From: a virus
Virus record (IMG/VR): IMGVR_UViG_3300043539_001773
Length of the DNA stretch: 64,000 nt
Direction: 5' to 3' (one strand)
Part shown: piece after piece, positions 1 to 11,706 of the stretch
How positions within the stretch are numbered: position 1 is the first letter of the stretch
Layout of the letters: each line of letters begins with the position of its first letter
Notes under the pieces: generated by a model
Told to the model about the DNA's origin: nothing
Database searches by the model: none
Seen by the model: only the letters and a program-made list of their open reading frames with translations
Program-made: the position numbers and the translations under genes

Positions 1-3000
1 GCGGTTATGTTCTTACTTATTATACTATACAACTCTGCTTCACTAGTAAAATTATTTAATACTTCTTTTGGAAGTTTTATTATAATGAATCCGCCCTTAG
101 AATATGCCTGTTGATCTGGTGGATAAACATCCCAGAATGAAGATGCTTCCTTGACTTCTTTAAAGACCTTGTTTATATCGAGAGATCCATAAGATTGTAC
201 ATCTATAGTCTTACCCATAGTAGCCTTTAATCCTCCGCCTTTTAATCTTAAATCTTCAATAGCTAAATCTTTAATATCCACAGAATTCAATACGTGAACC
301 AGTCCTATTTGAAGAGAAAATGGATCGTAATTAACGCTATTATATGGATCAAAAATAGAAGTATTATAAGTAAAATCTATTGGAGAATCATATGAATAGT
401 CACTAACATAATCCCAAACATAGCCAGCTTGACTAGAGCTTCTAACTTCTATTCTTATAGGTTTAATATATATGTGTAGAGGCTTTTCTGCTTCTACTGT
501 ATTTTTATTAAGAAATGGATTTAATGGAATAACTCTGCCGTTAATTTGCTTGAGTGGAATACCATTTGATTTAGCAGTGTAGCTTACCCTTATTAGATCT
601 GGGTCACTCGTTATGGGTGTAATGAAATCAACTATTCCAGTCTGAGAATTAATATTTCTTATAAGATTTGAATCTACCGCCGTCCATGGTGAGTCAACTG
701 ATTCTCTTGTTTCAAAATCAACCCAATTAACTACTGATCCACATTCCATCTGCGAAGGTTCTACAAAAGTAGCTACAGGAACTTGCATTAACTGATATCT
801 CTTAGATGATAAAACTATTGGTGTTTCATTAATTATGGTAATATATGGCTTACCAGCAATCTGAGACCAGATCACGTTACCCATATTTAAGGTTGAATAC
901 GTAGCTCTTAACACTTTACCTGTGTACTTCTCAGCCCAAGAAGTCCAACCATAAGCTGGGTTTATGTATATGTCTTTTGTAAAAGATCCAGATGTTATAT
1001 ACAATGGCCACTGCTGAAGCTTTGAAAGATTTGGTGGAATCGATGATATGCCTATTCTTGATGATGGAACATATTCAACATTGTATATAGGACATGCCAT
1101 CTTTACGGGTATAGAAGAAGGTATTATTTTACCAGAAGTCTTTGGTCCAAAGAAGTCTAATCCATTTCCAAGATTTCCATCTGCATCTACTGCTAGTGCA
1201 GCGATATAAACGTTTTCTGGACCTCTTGAAATATAATCTACATAATAAAGATTCGTACCTAAAAATTCTTTTTTCTTATTATCATAGAACCCATAAATAA
1301 AACCACCATCATCTCTAGCATTATTTGTTAATATAAAAGATCCATAATCTGTATTAAATTCTCGATCAGTAGAAAGAGTATTTACAAAAGATTGAAGTTC
1401 TATGCCATACGGTTTGCCAACTTTATCTGGGTCTAAACTTGGTTGAGTTAAAAGAACCAAACCATCTAAAACAGAAATTGCTTTTTTTGCTGACTTTATT
1501 ATTGAACCATCTGTTTTCATTAACCAGTAATTATCTAAAAGTTTCTCGGCGCTTTTGATTACGTTTGAATTTTCATATATAAGAGATGAAGTCTCAAAAA
1601 CTAATCTATTCGAAGAAATACTTAGATTTAAATCTGAACTATTTACTGGGTTTCCAGTCGCTGAAACAACACTAGTAGCAGCAAAGGTATTTGAATTTAT
1701 TGATACGGTTTTTGCCTGTGTTAAATTTATTGATATAGATTCATCTTTATACTGAGGTTCTAAATTAGAATCTGAGTAAGGTGTAAATGGTGGACTATAT
1801 GAAGTGCTACTAAAATTAATTGTGGTATTAGATAAATCTAAAGTTTTTTCCCCAGACCATGTAGGATATGTTATTGATACTGGCGTTGTTGCATACTTAG
1901 TAGATTTAACTCCATTTAGATCTATGACTTCAGCCTTATTTGGAGATATACCAGTAACTGATCCAGCTACATTAAACTTTATTTCTACTGGAGCTGTAGT
2001 TGTATCTAATCTATAACCACTTTCAACTATTGTTTCAGCATTAAACGTATCTAGAGTGTAACCAATTTCAAATGTAACCTTATTTAAAGAATATCCTTCA
2101 GCAAATGAACCATGTTTTCCTCCCAATGAACCACCATTAAACTGGAAAGCAAAGAACATACACTCTGACATAGGCCTATTAACTTCAATCTTAAATGGAC
2201 TAGTCGTATAGTCTGCAGCGCCCTTGATTTTCTGCTCGCCAGCTCGATCTACTCCAGAGTAAACCACGGCTTGCTTAAGGGCTATTCCTTTATAGTTCGG
2301 CGCACCCGCAAATGTTCCAGGATATATAGTTACAGATTTAAGGACTTGACCCTTTAGATCTTGTTGCGTTATTCCATCAAATGGAATTTGATCAAATGGA
2401 ACCGCAAGAAATATTGAATCTACTAATTTCTTAGGACCAGACTGTCCAGTAAAAGTTATCTTTCTATAATTCCAATCTCTATTAGGAAGCTCATGTAATT
2501 CTATTGCATCTGCAGCTGCTACAACATACTTAACAACTCCTGAGTTATTTGCTTGCAATCTAGATATTATTGAACTATATCGGGTTGGATCAGAGTTCTT
2601 TATGGATTTCCAAATGTGAATTGCAATTAATGACTTAGTTTCGCTATCAACTGTTCCGGATTCAAACCTAGCGTTAACCGATGCTTGAAAAGCTTTTACT
2701 GCATTAAAAGTATTTGTTTCATATTTTCCAGTTAACTGAGGAAGTGCTCCACCAACTAATATTCCAGCTTCTCTCATGCTTATTTGTATGTACTTAATAT
2801 AATCAGCTAGCATACCTGGTTTACCCGGACCGTATGCTCCGATGATATTACCCTGTTGTATATCTCCGGTATATAAAAAGTTATTAACTGGGTCGGTACT
2901 ATTTATCCCTTTCCTATAAGCGTCAATTCTATCTGCCCCCGAAAATGCTGCGCCAGTTTCAAAAGTTTTAGTAAGAGCAATATCGTCTGCTTCCCTTTTG

Positions 3001-5672
3001 GAGCCAGGTGGAAAAACGTCTTCATATCTTGCTTGTCTTGATAGTGTTGCTGTATATTCTGCGGTCATAACTGCTGACCAATTTGCACTAAAGCTTAGCG
3101 TTGATTCACTTGACTGATTATAAGAATTAAAGATAGAAAAATTAAACGTATAATTTTTATAACTATTAGACGAAGATATTGAACTAGAAAGTCCATCGTT
3201 TATTTCTTTGGTCGATGATCTATATAGTCTTTCTCTTATAACGTAAGGACCAAAGCCACCGGGCACAGTGAATTGAGCTGACGGAGAATCAGTATACGCA
3301 TAAACTGCCCCAGTAATGCTATCGTTGTTTATCTTAAATAGATTATAAGAAGTTGGTATCTCTGTACCACTTTGTACAACGGCTGCGTAAATACGATCTC
3401 CACCTTTTATCGGAGTAGCGTTTGCGATTTCTACGTCATTATTTGTTATCTCTATAAAAAATTCTAAATTACTAGAATCAATTTCTTGCAAAGAGATACT
3501 GTGTTGATCAGCTAAAAAGTCATAAATAGATTTTTTGTAAAATTCTAACACTGAAGAATTACTTGGGATTAAATTCCTTGCATATTTTGAGGTTCCAACA
3601 GCATTTTGATTGTCTACCTTAATGAGAGAATATACTTCTTTTTTCTCGTCTTCTAGTAAAACGTTCCCATTTAATACATATGAAGATTGCCAATTTGAAA
3701 CCTGATAGTACATTGACGATCTTAGATCTTTAACCTTAGTTGAAAATATTCTATTTAACAATGCAACCGAACATGCATTGTATAGCATTTTCATTGGACC
3801 TTCTATTGCTGCTACAGTAGTAAACGTAGCTTGAGCTATGCTAGTTGGACCATTGTTACTTGTTGCTATATCAAAGATAGAAGATGGTTGGTATATGTCA
3901 TTGCAATACTTAAGCATCGGTGTGGTTGTGGCCAATAGTGCGCCTTTAGACAGCGAATCAGTGGATGGGATAAATTCTAAACTAACGAATACTGGCTTGC
4001 TTCTAGAATTGCTTAATACAACATTATTGGCTGCAATATTTCCAGTAAATTCTTTTACTGTTTTTTTAGTTGTAAGATTAGAAAGATTGCTTCTTCCAAA
4101 TATTGAATATACATCGTAGTTAACATTGTCTACAGTTAATCTTTCAAAAATACCTGGGTTAATTGGCCAGGCATTAGTTTTATTTTCATTAAGAAAAATA
4201 TTTTCCTGATTATAAGTCCATGTATCTAGCGGATATTCCTGGGCACTGACCGATAAGGATGGATCTATTGATTGTGCGCCAGTATAATCAATTGCCTGTG
4301 TTGTTACAACGGAAAGCTTTGATAAATCTAATACCAGTGTTCCCTGAGTCTGCTCTAGATACTTCTTTAGCTTTAGACCTTGTTCTGTAGTTATTGGAGA
4401 ACTAGGAGTCCAGGTGACTATGTCGTATAGAGAAAGTTCATCATCAGTAACTTTATCTAAATTTAATAACCAATACGATGCTTGATTTTTTCCGTATTGA
4501 TTACTCTTTTCCGATAAGGGATTTGCATATTTGTACTTAGATGCATTAAACGGAGACTGCTCTAGTCTCAAAAAAGCGTAAGGGTTTGCTGCGCCAAAAT
4601 CATTGGATTGTTCCATGCCAGATATCTGTGCCGTTGTTGATAGTACTGCGCAGTTAATTACTTTTTGTTTTATAGAACTTTCTGAATCTATTTCTTCACC
4701 ATTATTTATAGAGGAAACATCAACGGATCTTTTAACTTTAGTTATTAATCTCCAGTTAAAAGACTCATAAGTTCTATTGTCTGATAAGGCTTTTTTGGGG
4801 ACAAAGATTTCAAAGCCTTCTGCTCTAGCATTCGTGCTATTGATTAAATTATTTTTTCCTGTAATAGATTTTTTACTATATATTTTTTTTGACCTTGAAG
4901 AATTATCTACAACAATTGATTCCTCTGCAACTCTATCAAAAATACTAACAGTGTTAATATTTTCTTTATATTGAGGAACTGTTGAAGATATTGACTCAGT
5001 TGAAGATAGTACAACCTTATCATAAACCAATGATAAATCCACTGGAGATGGACTATCAAATAAAACTATTATCTTACAAGGCAAATTGGATCTATTTGAA
5101 TAGATTGGTAAATCTAATTCCTCAATTAATATTCTATATTTTTTTAAGCCAGTAGATTGATCCACATACTCAAAACCATTTTTATCAATGACCTTAATTG
5201 ATTTAGGAACACTGGATTCTAGCAAGAAATCATCAAGCCCATCATATCCATAAGAACTTCTTGGTAGGAGTGTGTAGTATCTAGAGACATAAAAAGAATG
5301 AACAAATCCGTTCTTCCCTATATCTCCAGTGTAGTATTTCTTATCTAATGCAGGCGTGTTTAAGAATGTATCACTTACGCTGATGTCGTCTGAATCAAAT
5401 ACAGTATAGCCATCTGAGTCCTCTAGTATTCCTAGTTCATTGGCAAAAACTATTTTATTTTTTGCAGATCTATTTGAAGCATTAATATTTGAAGAATATG
5501 AATTCTCTGGTATAAAATTGGACAAATCTGTTACTGAAATGTTATTCGCTGGAGTTACTGGCTTTGAATTAAACCAAGCTAAAGCGGTTGAGGAATCATC
5601 TAGTGGTAAATTATTTACTTTTCTTATCTTTTTTTGACTACTGTTGTCAATATTTAAATTAAACTTATCCAC
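1..5672 (-). CDS. Very large baseplate-region virion protein (at least 1890 aa, truncated at the left edge) with an internal peptidoglycan-binding domain
   Basis: Not in the ORF track because its stop lies outside the window. GTG at 5672 follows the previous stop (VDKFNLNIDNSSQKK...). The same frame is open at the left edge (...DLRLKGGGLK...FWDVYPPDQQAYSKGGFIIIKLPKEVL...). About 2625-2810 reads YIKYIQISMREAG...TGKYETNTFNAVKAFQ...GTVDSETKSL, a PG_binding_1-like pattern. Confidence 0.8.
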   Translation of the reverse strand, partial: MDKFNLNIDNSSQKKIRKVNNLPLDDSSTALAWFNSKPVTPANNISVTDLSNFIPENSYSSNINASNRSAKNKIVFANELGILEDSDGYTVFDSDDISVSDTFLNTPALDKKYYTGDIGKNGFVHSFYVSRYYTLLPRSSYGYDGLDDFLLESSVPKSIKVIDKNGFEYVDQSTGLKKYRILIEELDLPIYSNRSNLPCKIIVLFDSPSPVDLSLVYDKVVLSSTESISSTVPQYKENINTVSIFDRVAEESIVVDNSSRSKKIYSKKSITGKNNLINSTNARAEGFEIFVPKKALSDNRTYESFNWRLITKVKRSVDVSSINNGEEIDSESSIKQKVINCAVLSTTAQISGMEQSNDFGAANPYAFLRLEQSPFNASKYKYANPLSEKSNQYGKNQASYWLLNLDKVTDDELSLYDIVTWTPSSPITTEQGLKLKKYLEQTQGTLVLDLSKLSVVTTQAIDYTGAQSIDPSLSVSAQEYPLDTWTYNQENIFLNENKTNAWPINPGIFERLTVDNVNYDVYSIFGRSNLSNLTTKKTVKEFTGNIAANNVVLSNSRSKPVFVSLEFIPSTDSLSKGALLATTTPMLKYCNDIYQPSSIFDIATSNNGPTSIAQATFTTVAAIEGPMKMLYNACSVALLNRIFSTKVKDLRSSMYYQVSNWQSSYVLNGNVLLEDEKKEVYSLIKVDNQNAVGTSKYARNLIPSNSSVLEFYKKSIYDFLADQHSISLQEIDSSNLEFFIEITNNDVEIANATPIKGGDRIYAAVVQSGTEIPTSYNLFKINNDSITGAVYAYTDSPSAQFTVPGGFGPYVIRERLYRSSTKEINDGLSSSISSSNSYKNYTFNFSIFNSYNQSSESTLSFSANWSAVMTAEYTATLSRQARYEDVFPPGSKREADDIALTKTFETGAAFSGADRIDAYRKGINSTDPVNNFLYTGDIQQGNIIGAYGPGKPGMLADYIKYIQISMREAGILVGGALPQLTGKYETNTFNAVKAFQASVNARFESGTVDSETKSLIAIHIWKSIKNSDPTRYSSIISRLQANNSGVVKYVVAAADAIELHELPNRDWNYRKITFTGQSGPKKLVDSIFLAVPFDQIPFDGITQQDLKGQVLKSVTIYPGTFAGAPNYKGIALKQAVVYSGVDRAGEQKIKGAADYTTSPFKIEVNRPMSECMFFAFQFNGGSLGGKHGSFAEGYSLNKVTFEIGYTLDTFNAETIVESGYRLDTTTAPVEIKFNVAGSVTGISPNKAEVIDLNGVKSTKYATTPVSITYPTWSGEKTLDLSNTTINFSSTSYSPPFTPYSDSNLEPQYKDESISINLTQAKTVSINSNTFAATSVVSATGNPVNSSDLNLSISSNRLVFETSSLIYENSNVIKSAEKLLDNYWLMKTDGSIIKSAKKAISVLDGLVLLTQPSLDPDKVGKPYGIELQSFVNTLSTDREFNTDYGSFILTNNARDDGGFIYGFYDNKKKEFLGTNLYYVDYISRGPENVYIAALAVDADGNLGNGLDFFGPKTSGKIIPSSIPVKMACPIYNVEYVPSSRIGISSIPPNLSKLQQWPLYITSGSFTKDIYINPAYGWTSWAEKYTGKVLRATYSTLNMGNVIWSQIAGKPYITIINETPIVLSSKRYQLMQVPVATFVEPSQMECGSVVNWVDFETRESVDSPWTAVDSNLIRNINSQTGIVDFITPITSDPDLIRVSYTAKSNGIPLKQINGRVIPLNPFLNKNTVEAEKPLHIYIKPIRIEVRSSSQAGYVWDYVSDYSYDSPIDFTYNTSIFDPYNSVNYDPFSLQIGLVHVLNSVDIKDLAIEDLRLKGGGLKATMGKTIDVQSYGSLDINKVFKEVKEASSFWDVYPPDQQAYSKGGFIIIKLPKEVLNNFTSEAELYSIISKNIT

Positions 5673-5674
5673 AA

Positions 5675-8600
5675 TTAATCCTCATAATCCTTTATTAAGT
5701 TAGAATAATCTGAAATAACATATGGGGTTGCACCAAAATATCCAGCTTGATACTGGTCGTATCTTGAAATTGGCAGCCATTGTGGCGGCGTCCATCTAGG
5801 CGTCGATTCAGTATTGTCTACTATGTTTTCATTATAGTAACTAATTCTAAACGTTGGAGTGGAATATATATTCAACGATTTACTAATATCATGGTTAATT
5901 ATATCAGGTATCTTTAATCCAGGCACAAAATTGATGTCTACATTATCGTAAGATTCGTACCAGAATAGAACATCGCCAACTGATGTATTCGGAGTCAAGG
6001 ATGGAGTTGAGCCTAACTCAGAATCGATAGCCATAAACCAATATCCAGGAGTAGCTCTTTCCTGTGAAGGAATTGGACCTATTTCAAATTTTCCATTATT
6101 GTCAGTATAAACAATGCCTGAAGTAGTATTCTTATCTGGCTTTAAGGTTGATTGACTATATGGTACTTCGTTTAAAGTTGAGTATAGATATCTAGATTTT
6201 CTCCAGTAAATTACACTATTTTCACTTGGTGCATTGTCGGCTGTTAATATTCCAGATATAGTTGTCGATGACACTCCATCGGCATTAATAATGCTTGGGT
6301 TTGCCGAAGCTAACAATGCTGCATCTTCGAATCTTGAAGAATATACTGGAATAAACTCAGTGTAGACAGATCCATTAGTTTCACTATCAGGGTGTGCTAA
6401 TGGATTGGCTGGATATGTCACTCCGCTAATTAGGATTTTAACATTCTTATTCTCAACGATATTTCCACTCTGGTAAACTGCATTCGTAGAAGCAAACCCT
6501 TCATCATCTGTGGTTATGATACTGCTATCAAAAGCGAGCTGATGCAGCTCAGAAGAAAGGCTAAAGCTTTGATATGGTTTTGGATTTCCTTCAGTGTCTA
6601 AAGAAATTATGCTTATGGTTATATAATCATTTCCATCGTCCAAGATATAACCTGGCGAAACAACTACCTTTATTCTGTCAAAGTCATATGTTGCATTTGA
6701 TGCAATTACGTAACCTTTGTCTAGAAGTGAACTTGTTTGTCCAAAATTCAGATCAAGAGGTGTTGAATCTTGATATATCGAAGATTCATATGTGATCTCA
6801 TAGTTCATTGTGGCGTTAGGAGTAGCGTCAAAAACTATCTTTGAATAATATGAAGAACCATCAAGGATATTATCTACATAATACGAATTAACAACCTTAT
6901 ACTTTATATAATAGTCTCTATCCTTCTTAAATTCATATGTAGATTTATCTAACTTAATAAATGAATTATTTGTTGAAAGATTGCTGAATAGAAGCTCTCC
7001 AGTGTAACCATCCGTAATAGAAAGATTATAAACATTTTTATAACCAAGATGAAAGCTATTATCAAATTTAGGCTGTAGTACTTCTGTATTATAGAATCCA
7101 AAATGCCTTGGAGAAGCCTCATCAGGGAATCCCACCTCAGTATAAATTTCAGGAGTTGCTGAACCAAGCAAAGAGACATTTACCACGACTGGAGCACCCT
7201 GCCTAGGAGTATTGTTTAGTGTTACCTCTTTTAATACTCCAGTTTCTACTTCAGTTACCGGCTTAGCGTAGACGTAATACTCATCGTTGTCTAAATGAAT
7301 CCAACCAGTATTAATTCTGGCATCTAATCTTGCGTCGTAGAGCTTTCCTCTGACTATAAAATTATTAAATACTGTAGTATTTCTTTCTAAATCGTATGAT
7401 TCAGAAATTGAATTATCTGGATATCTTAAACTCTTTGTGGTGTATTCAGCGTCTTCATAAATGCTAGAAATATCATTAGCATTCAATACATACGTTCTAT
7501 TTAGAAATGGATTAACTATTTTTTGCTCTGACCAAACTGATACATTTACAGATTCAGGATCTAAAACTTCAATTGTTTCAAAGAAGTATTTAAATTTTTC
7601 AGAACCAGATAGACCAAAACCTTCTCTTGTTAATTCTGGCAGTGAAATATAATTAGTATTTTTCCCTGGAACATATTCACCATTTAACGAGTTATAACTT
7701 ATTACCCCATATTCATCAACGTATCCAGAGATAGGAGAAGCGTGTGTTAGTTCAAAGGGATCCCAATTAACTATCTCAAATGGATAGATTGAGCTATCTT
7801 GAGTTGATACCGTAAGTGAATTCGGAGTACTGGTATATGGATAGCTAAGTTGAGTAAAGTAATATGATGCAGTCGCGGCAGATCCGTTTACTGTAGTTGT
7901 TCCAATTTTAGCATTAGAGCTAGGTGTTGCAAGATTTGAACTATTAAATCTTATGCTTAAGTTAGGTGAAGATGGAATGAATACTTCTCTGTCAGTTTCT
8001 AGATAATAAGAAACACCACCATAGCCAGAGAAAACTGAATTGTCATCAAAGTAATCTAAGTCTACGCTTGTTGGTTTCAAGTTATTAATAAATATCTGTC
8101 TTGGCGTTGCTCCTACTGGCATGATTATATTAGAGACAATTCTATTATGATCAATTGAATAACCACTTGGTGGTGTAGCAACATTATTAATTATAATTTC
8201 AGACTCTTGAGGAGTTGTATATTTGGTTACTTGAACTGGATTGTATAGTTTTGAAAGAAGTTGCAGTTGCGTACTTTGGGCAAAGTTTGGTGTTGCTGAT
8301 AATAACGTCGTACTGCTTATTAGATTCGCAGTTCTGTGAGAAAACTTTGCTTCAAAGTCATTAGAGTTTGGCGTTGCATAAGTTGAGCCATTCCATAATC
8401 CATTTTTAATAACTATGTTTTCTATTTCAGACACTTCTAATCTAGATGTGTTAATTGAACTTTTTGTATCTTTATATCCAGATAATGTTTGTTTTTCTTT
8501 TAGTGAATATTTTGATGAAACATATCCTTCTGTATCAAATATTTCTATAGAATTATATTCCGGGTAAGCTGAGTGAGTTGGACCAAAATTATTCTTTGGA

Positions 8601-10454
8601 TAGAATGTGAGCGGCGCAAAAAATGTTATTGGCGTTGCGTATGATCCGTGCGGGGTAGCGCTAAATTCAAGAGTTAAATTTACAGTAGCTGCTGGATTAT
8701 TGTATTCGGTAATTTCATAGGAACCGTAATACTCATACTGAAGTTTTACTGGTTCATACTTTAAAGAAGTGCTAACATTTTTTTTGCCCTTAGCAACTAT
8801 TGAAGTTTCAAAAAACTGAGGAGTTGCATCGTAGTTAGTGACAAATAATCCAGCGTCATTTAAGTCTCCAACTCCTGGTTGATAATATGGTATTGCAATT
8901 TCTTCATCATAGTATCTAGAGCGGATTCTATTAACGCCTTCATTATCCTCTCCAGCGTAGTCCCAAATGCTATCTCCAAATCTAAAGTATCCCCAATTTG
9001 TAGGGTATCTTACATTTAAATCATCTACTAATTTTTTAAATAGATCAGTTGGATTACCATCTGCAGTAAAATATGGAGTTGAATATTCTATATCTGATAT
9101 TTCTAAAATTTCAGGTGTTGCACCTGGATAGCTAGAAGACGGAGTAGCGCCAAAAGCTTTCCAAAGATTCAACTCTCTTCTAAGAACTTTTTTAAATGAT
9201 TCTATATCGGCGCCATTTGGATTTTTAAATACATCTAAAATCCTTTCCTTATAGGAAGCATTCGATTCAAGATGCATTCTAAATAAGCCAACTCTTGCAC
9301 CCATTTCATCAAACCAGTTGTATCTTAATATTGGTGTTTGAGTTAAGGGAGTTACGACTCCAGTATTTTCGCTCTTTATTGAGAGATCTCCATATGATTT
9401 TATTGTTAGAATTTCCCTATTTAAAGGGTTGTGATAGAAAACATCATCAGATGCTTTTAATTTATAGAAATCAACAAGATTATCAATTCTTGCAAGTTCC
9501 AAAACTCCATTAGATAATACTTTATTAAAAACATTTGTTACGTTTGTAGAAGAATATAACCAAGCTAACTGATTAACGTCAGCTCTTTCTATAAAAGAGT
9601 TAATTCTAAATATATCTATTTCTCTGTCAAAATTATCTAAGTCTTCACCAACAACCGCATTTAAAAATTTGCCAGCCGTTGACTTTGGTACATATAAACT
9701 GGGGGTAGCCTGATCTATTGAGTCCTCATATAGGTGCATCCATGAAGGGAATCTGCCTAGTACATTTTTTGTTGAACGTGAAATTACTGGGTTAGAAGGT
9801 TCCGATATAGCTACTTCTATTATAAGAAGAAAACTTAAAGATGTTAATACTTCTAATTCTGTATTTACTACTACTTCAAATTTTGCATATCGCTTTACGT
9901 CTTTTGATAGAAGTATTGATCCTAAGGCATTAGAAGTGGTAGTTACTGCTAGTAGCCATGGTCCGATTTTGGCTATCTGATTCGTATATATTTAAATCAA
10001 AAGTAATTGATTCAATACTGTTTAAAGAACTAGAAAAAGCTCCTTTAAAAGTTCTTATATCAATACGGGAGGTTGTATCTATAAATCTATAGAGATAATC
10101 TTCTTCTGAATCAGCTGTAAAAATTGGTGTTGAACTGTTGTCTGCATCAAAAACAAGGCTGTCACCGCTGACTGAGTTTGAATTAAAGATTAGATGGGGA
10201 CTTACGCCAGGATCAAGATATAGTTCTCCAGCGTCAGTAACTGCATACGCACCTTCTATGGTTGGAGTGGCGCCTTGTATTATGCTAGTTCCAGTATAAG
10301 TGTAATCACCTAGTGAATTTAAACCAGTTGCTGACCTAGTGTATGAGAAGTTTTTATAAAACCTATTTGAATAAAGGTCAATTACACTGGAGGTCCACAA
10401 ATTATTACTCTTAGTGAAGTCTCCAGTGTTAAAGTTTAACAAATAGGTTTTCAT
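5675..10454 (-). CDS. Large baseplate/tail virion protein of about 1592 aa, joined across one +1 shift at CGGA 9962-9965 (track ORFs 9930..10454 and 5675..9739); rich in Ala-Thr-Pro
   Basis: Skipping one base at AAT CGG A gives ...SDSQN-G-PWLLAVTTTSNALGSILLSKDVKRYAKFEVVV...RFPSWMHLYEDS, open into the 1354-aa ORF. Contains a wedge-like segment (RVGLFRMHLESNASYKERILDVF) and Ig-like C-terminal segments. Confidence 0.75.
9962..9965 (-). other. +1 frame-break site 1 (AAT CGG A)
   Basis: In-frame CGG 11 codons before the zero-frame stop; the +1 frame starts GGA CCA TGG and is open. Confidence 0.8.
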
Positions 10455-10465
10455 TTATTAAATTC

Positions 10466-11683
10466 CTAAACCGCATCTAGCCAAATGCTGTATTCGCAAG
10501 TAACTCCATTCTCAGGGTGAACGAACATCAAATGCTGACACGGTCTGCTCATTGAGGAAAAATACTCTTGAGCATAGGTGTTGTAGCTTTCTGGTGAACC
10601 TGAGACCCTGAGCATTGAGCTACCTATGGTCATTTTAAATTGCTGATGATAGTGGCCCATAAATATATCTTCAAAGTGCTCTGGGATTGCGCCATCTTTC
10701 CACCCCATTGCCCTCTTATAGTAGCCGTGATATTGTCCTGGTGCAGGCATTTGATCACCATGAATTAGCAAGGAACTGTAGTTACCTATAGTGTCTACAG
10801 CATACCAGTGTCTTTCGCCTTTTCCGTCTGGAATATTAAAGGTTATTCTTGGCTCTTGTCTTCCTTCTTTGTAAAAGAATTCCATCGACTTGTAAAGCAG
10901 TCTGTCCATATTTGTTTCTGGATCATGCATCTTTCTACCACGTCCGCCTACTGCGCCGTGATTTCCTATCACGCCAGTAACATGTACGTGCTCAAAGTGT
11001 TGCAATACAGTGTCAAAGAACTTGCTCAGAATTGCTGGACCGTTAACGCCTACTTGTCTATAGAGTCCAGAATCTATAAGGTGAGCTTGTCCTGGGAATA
11101 TTTCTTCACCCTCTACGATGTCACCCAATAGCCATACGTGAAGATTCTTAACAGGATGATGCTTCCTTTGTATTTCCGTTATTTCTAGCAGTTTCTGAGT
11201 ATAAACTTCTATTCTTTCTGCCAAAACTTCAGAGTTATAATCAGGAGTTATCTTACCCAATTGCCAATCCGCAAATACCGCTACTGCTGTTTCAGGAACC
11301 CCTGGTAACACCTTAAGTGTTGGGCCTTTAATGGGAGCAGTTTCTATAGATGAAAAAGCATCGAATGCAGCTTGATATACTGCATAAACTGTTTCATCTT
11401 TTACGTTCTTATTCTTTTCAGCTATTTTAGCCAAACGTCTATTCTCAGATCTTAAAAAGATAGATTGATCAGCGGCTGTGGCTTCATGACTATCTAAGAA
11501 GATTTGAGCGTCTTGCTCTTCTTCGTTCCACACTTCTGTTATTCCAGTTTCTATTATTTCGCAATCATCATGTAGCACTTCGCCAGGAAAGTTATCATAT
11601 CCTTCTGATACCATTCTTGCATGGGTCATGTTTTTTGCTTTTACTATCTGCTTTCTTATAACAGAGTAAGTTTGTTCAGACAT
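10466..11683 (-). CDS. Calcineurin-like metallophosphoesterase
   Basis: Motifs in canonical order: FADWQLG (DxH variant), LLGDIVEG, VIGNHG, LIHGD, MGHYHQ. Confidence 0.85.
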   Translation of the reverse strand: MSEQTYSVIRKQIVKAKNMTHARMVSEGYDNFPGEVLHDDCEIIETGITEVWNEEEQDAQIFLDSHEATAADQSIFLRSENRRLAKIAEKNKNVKDETVYAVYQAAFDAFSSIETAPIKGPTLKVLPGVPETAVAVFADWQLGKITPDYNSEVLAERIEVYTQKLLEITEIQRKHHPVKNLHVWLLGDIVEGEEIFPGQAHLIDSGLYRQVGVNGPAILSKFFDTVLQHFEHVHVTGVIGNHGAVGGRGRKMHDPETNMDRLLYKSMEFFYKEGRQEPRITFNIPDGKGERHWYAVDTIGNYSSLLIHGDQMPAPGQYHGYYKRAMGWKDGAIPEHFEDIFMGHYHQQFKMTIGSSMLRVSGSPESYNTYAQEYFSSMSRPCQHLMFVHPENGVTCEYSIWLDAV

Positions 11684-11706
11684 TAATTTACACCTTTTCT
11701 ACTAGT

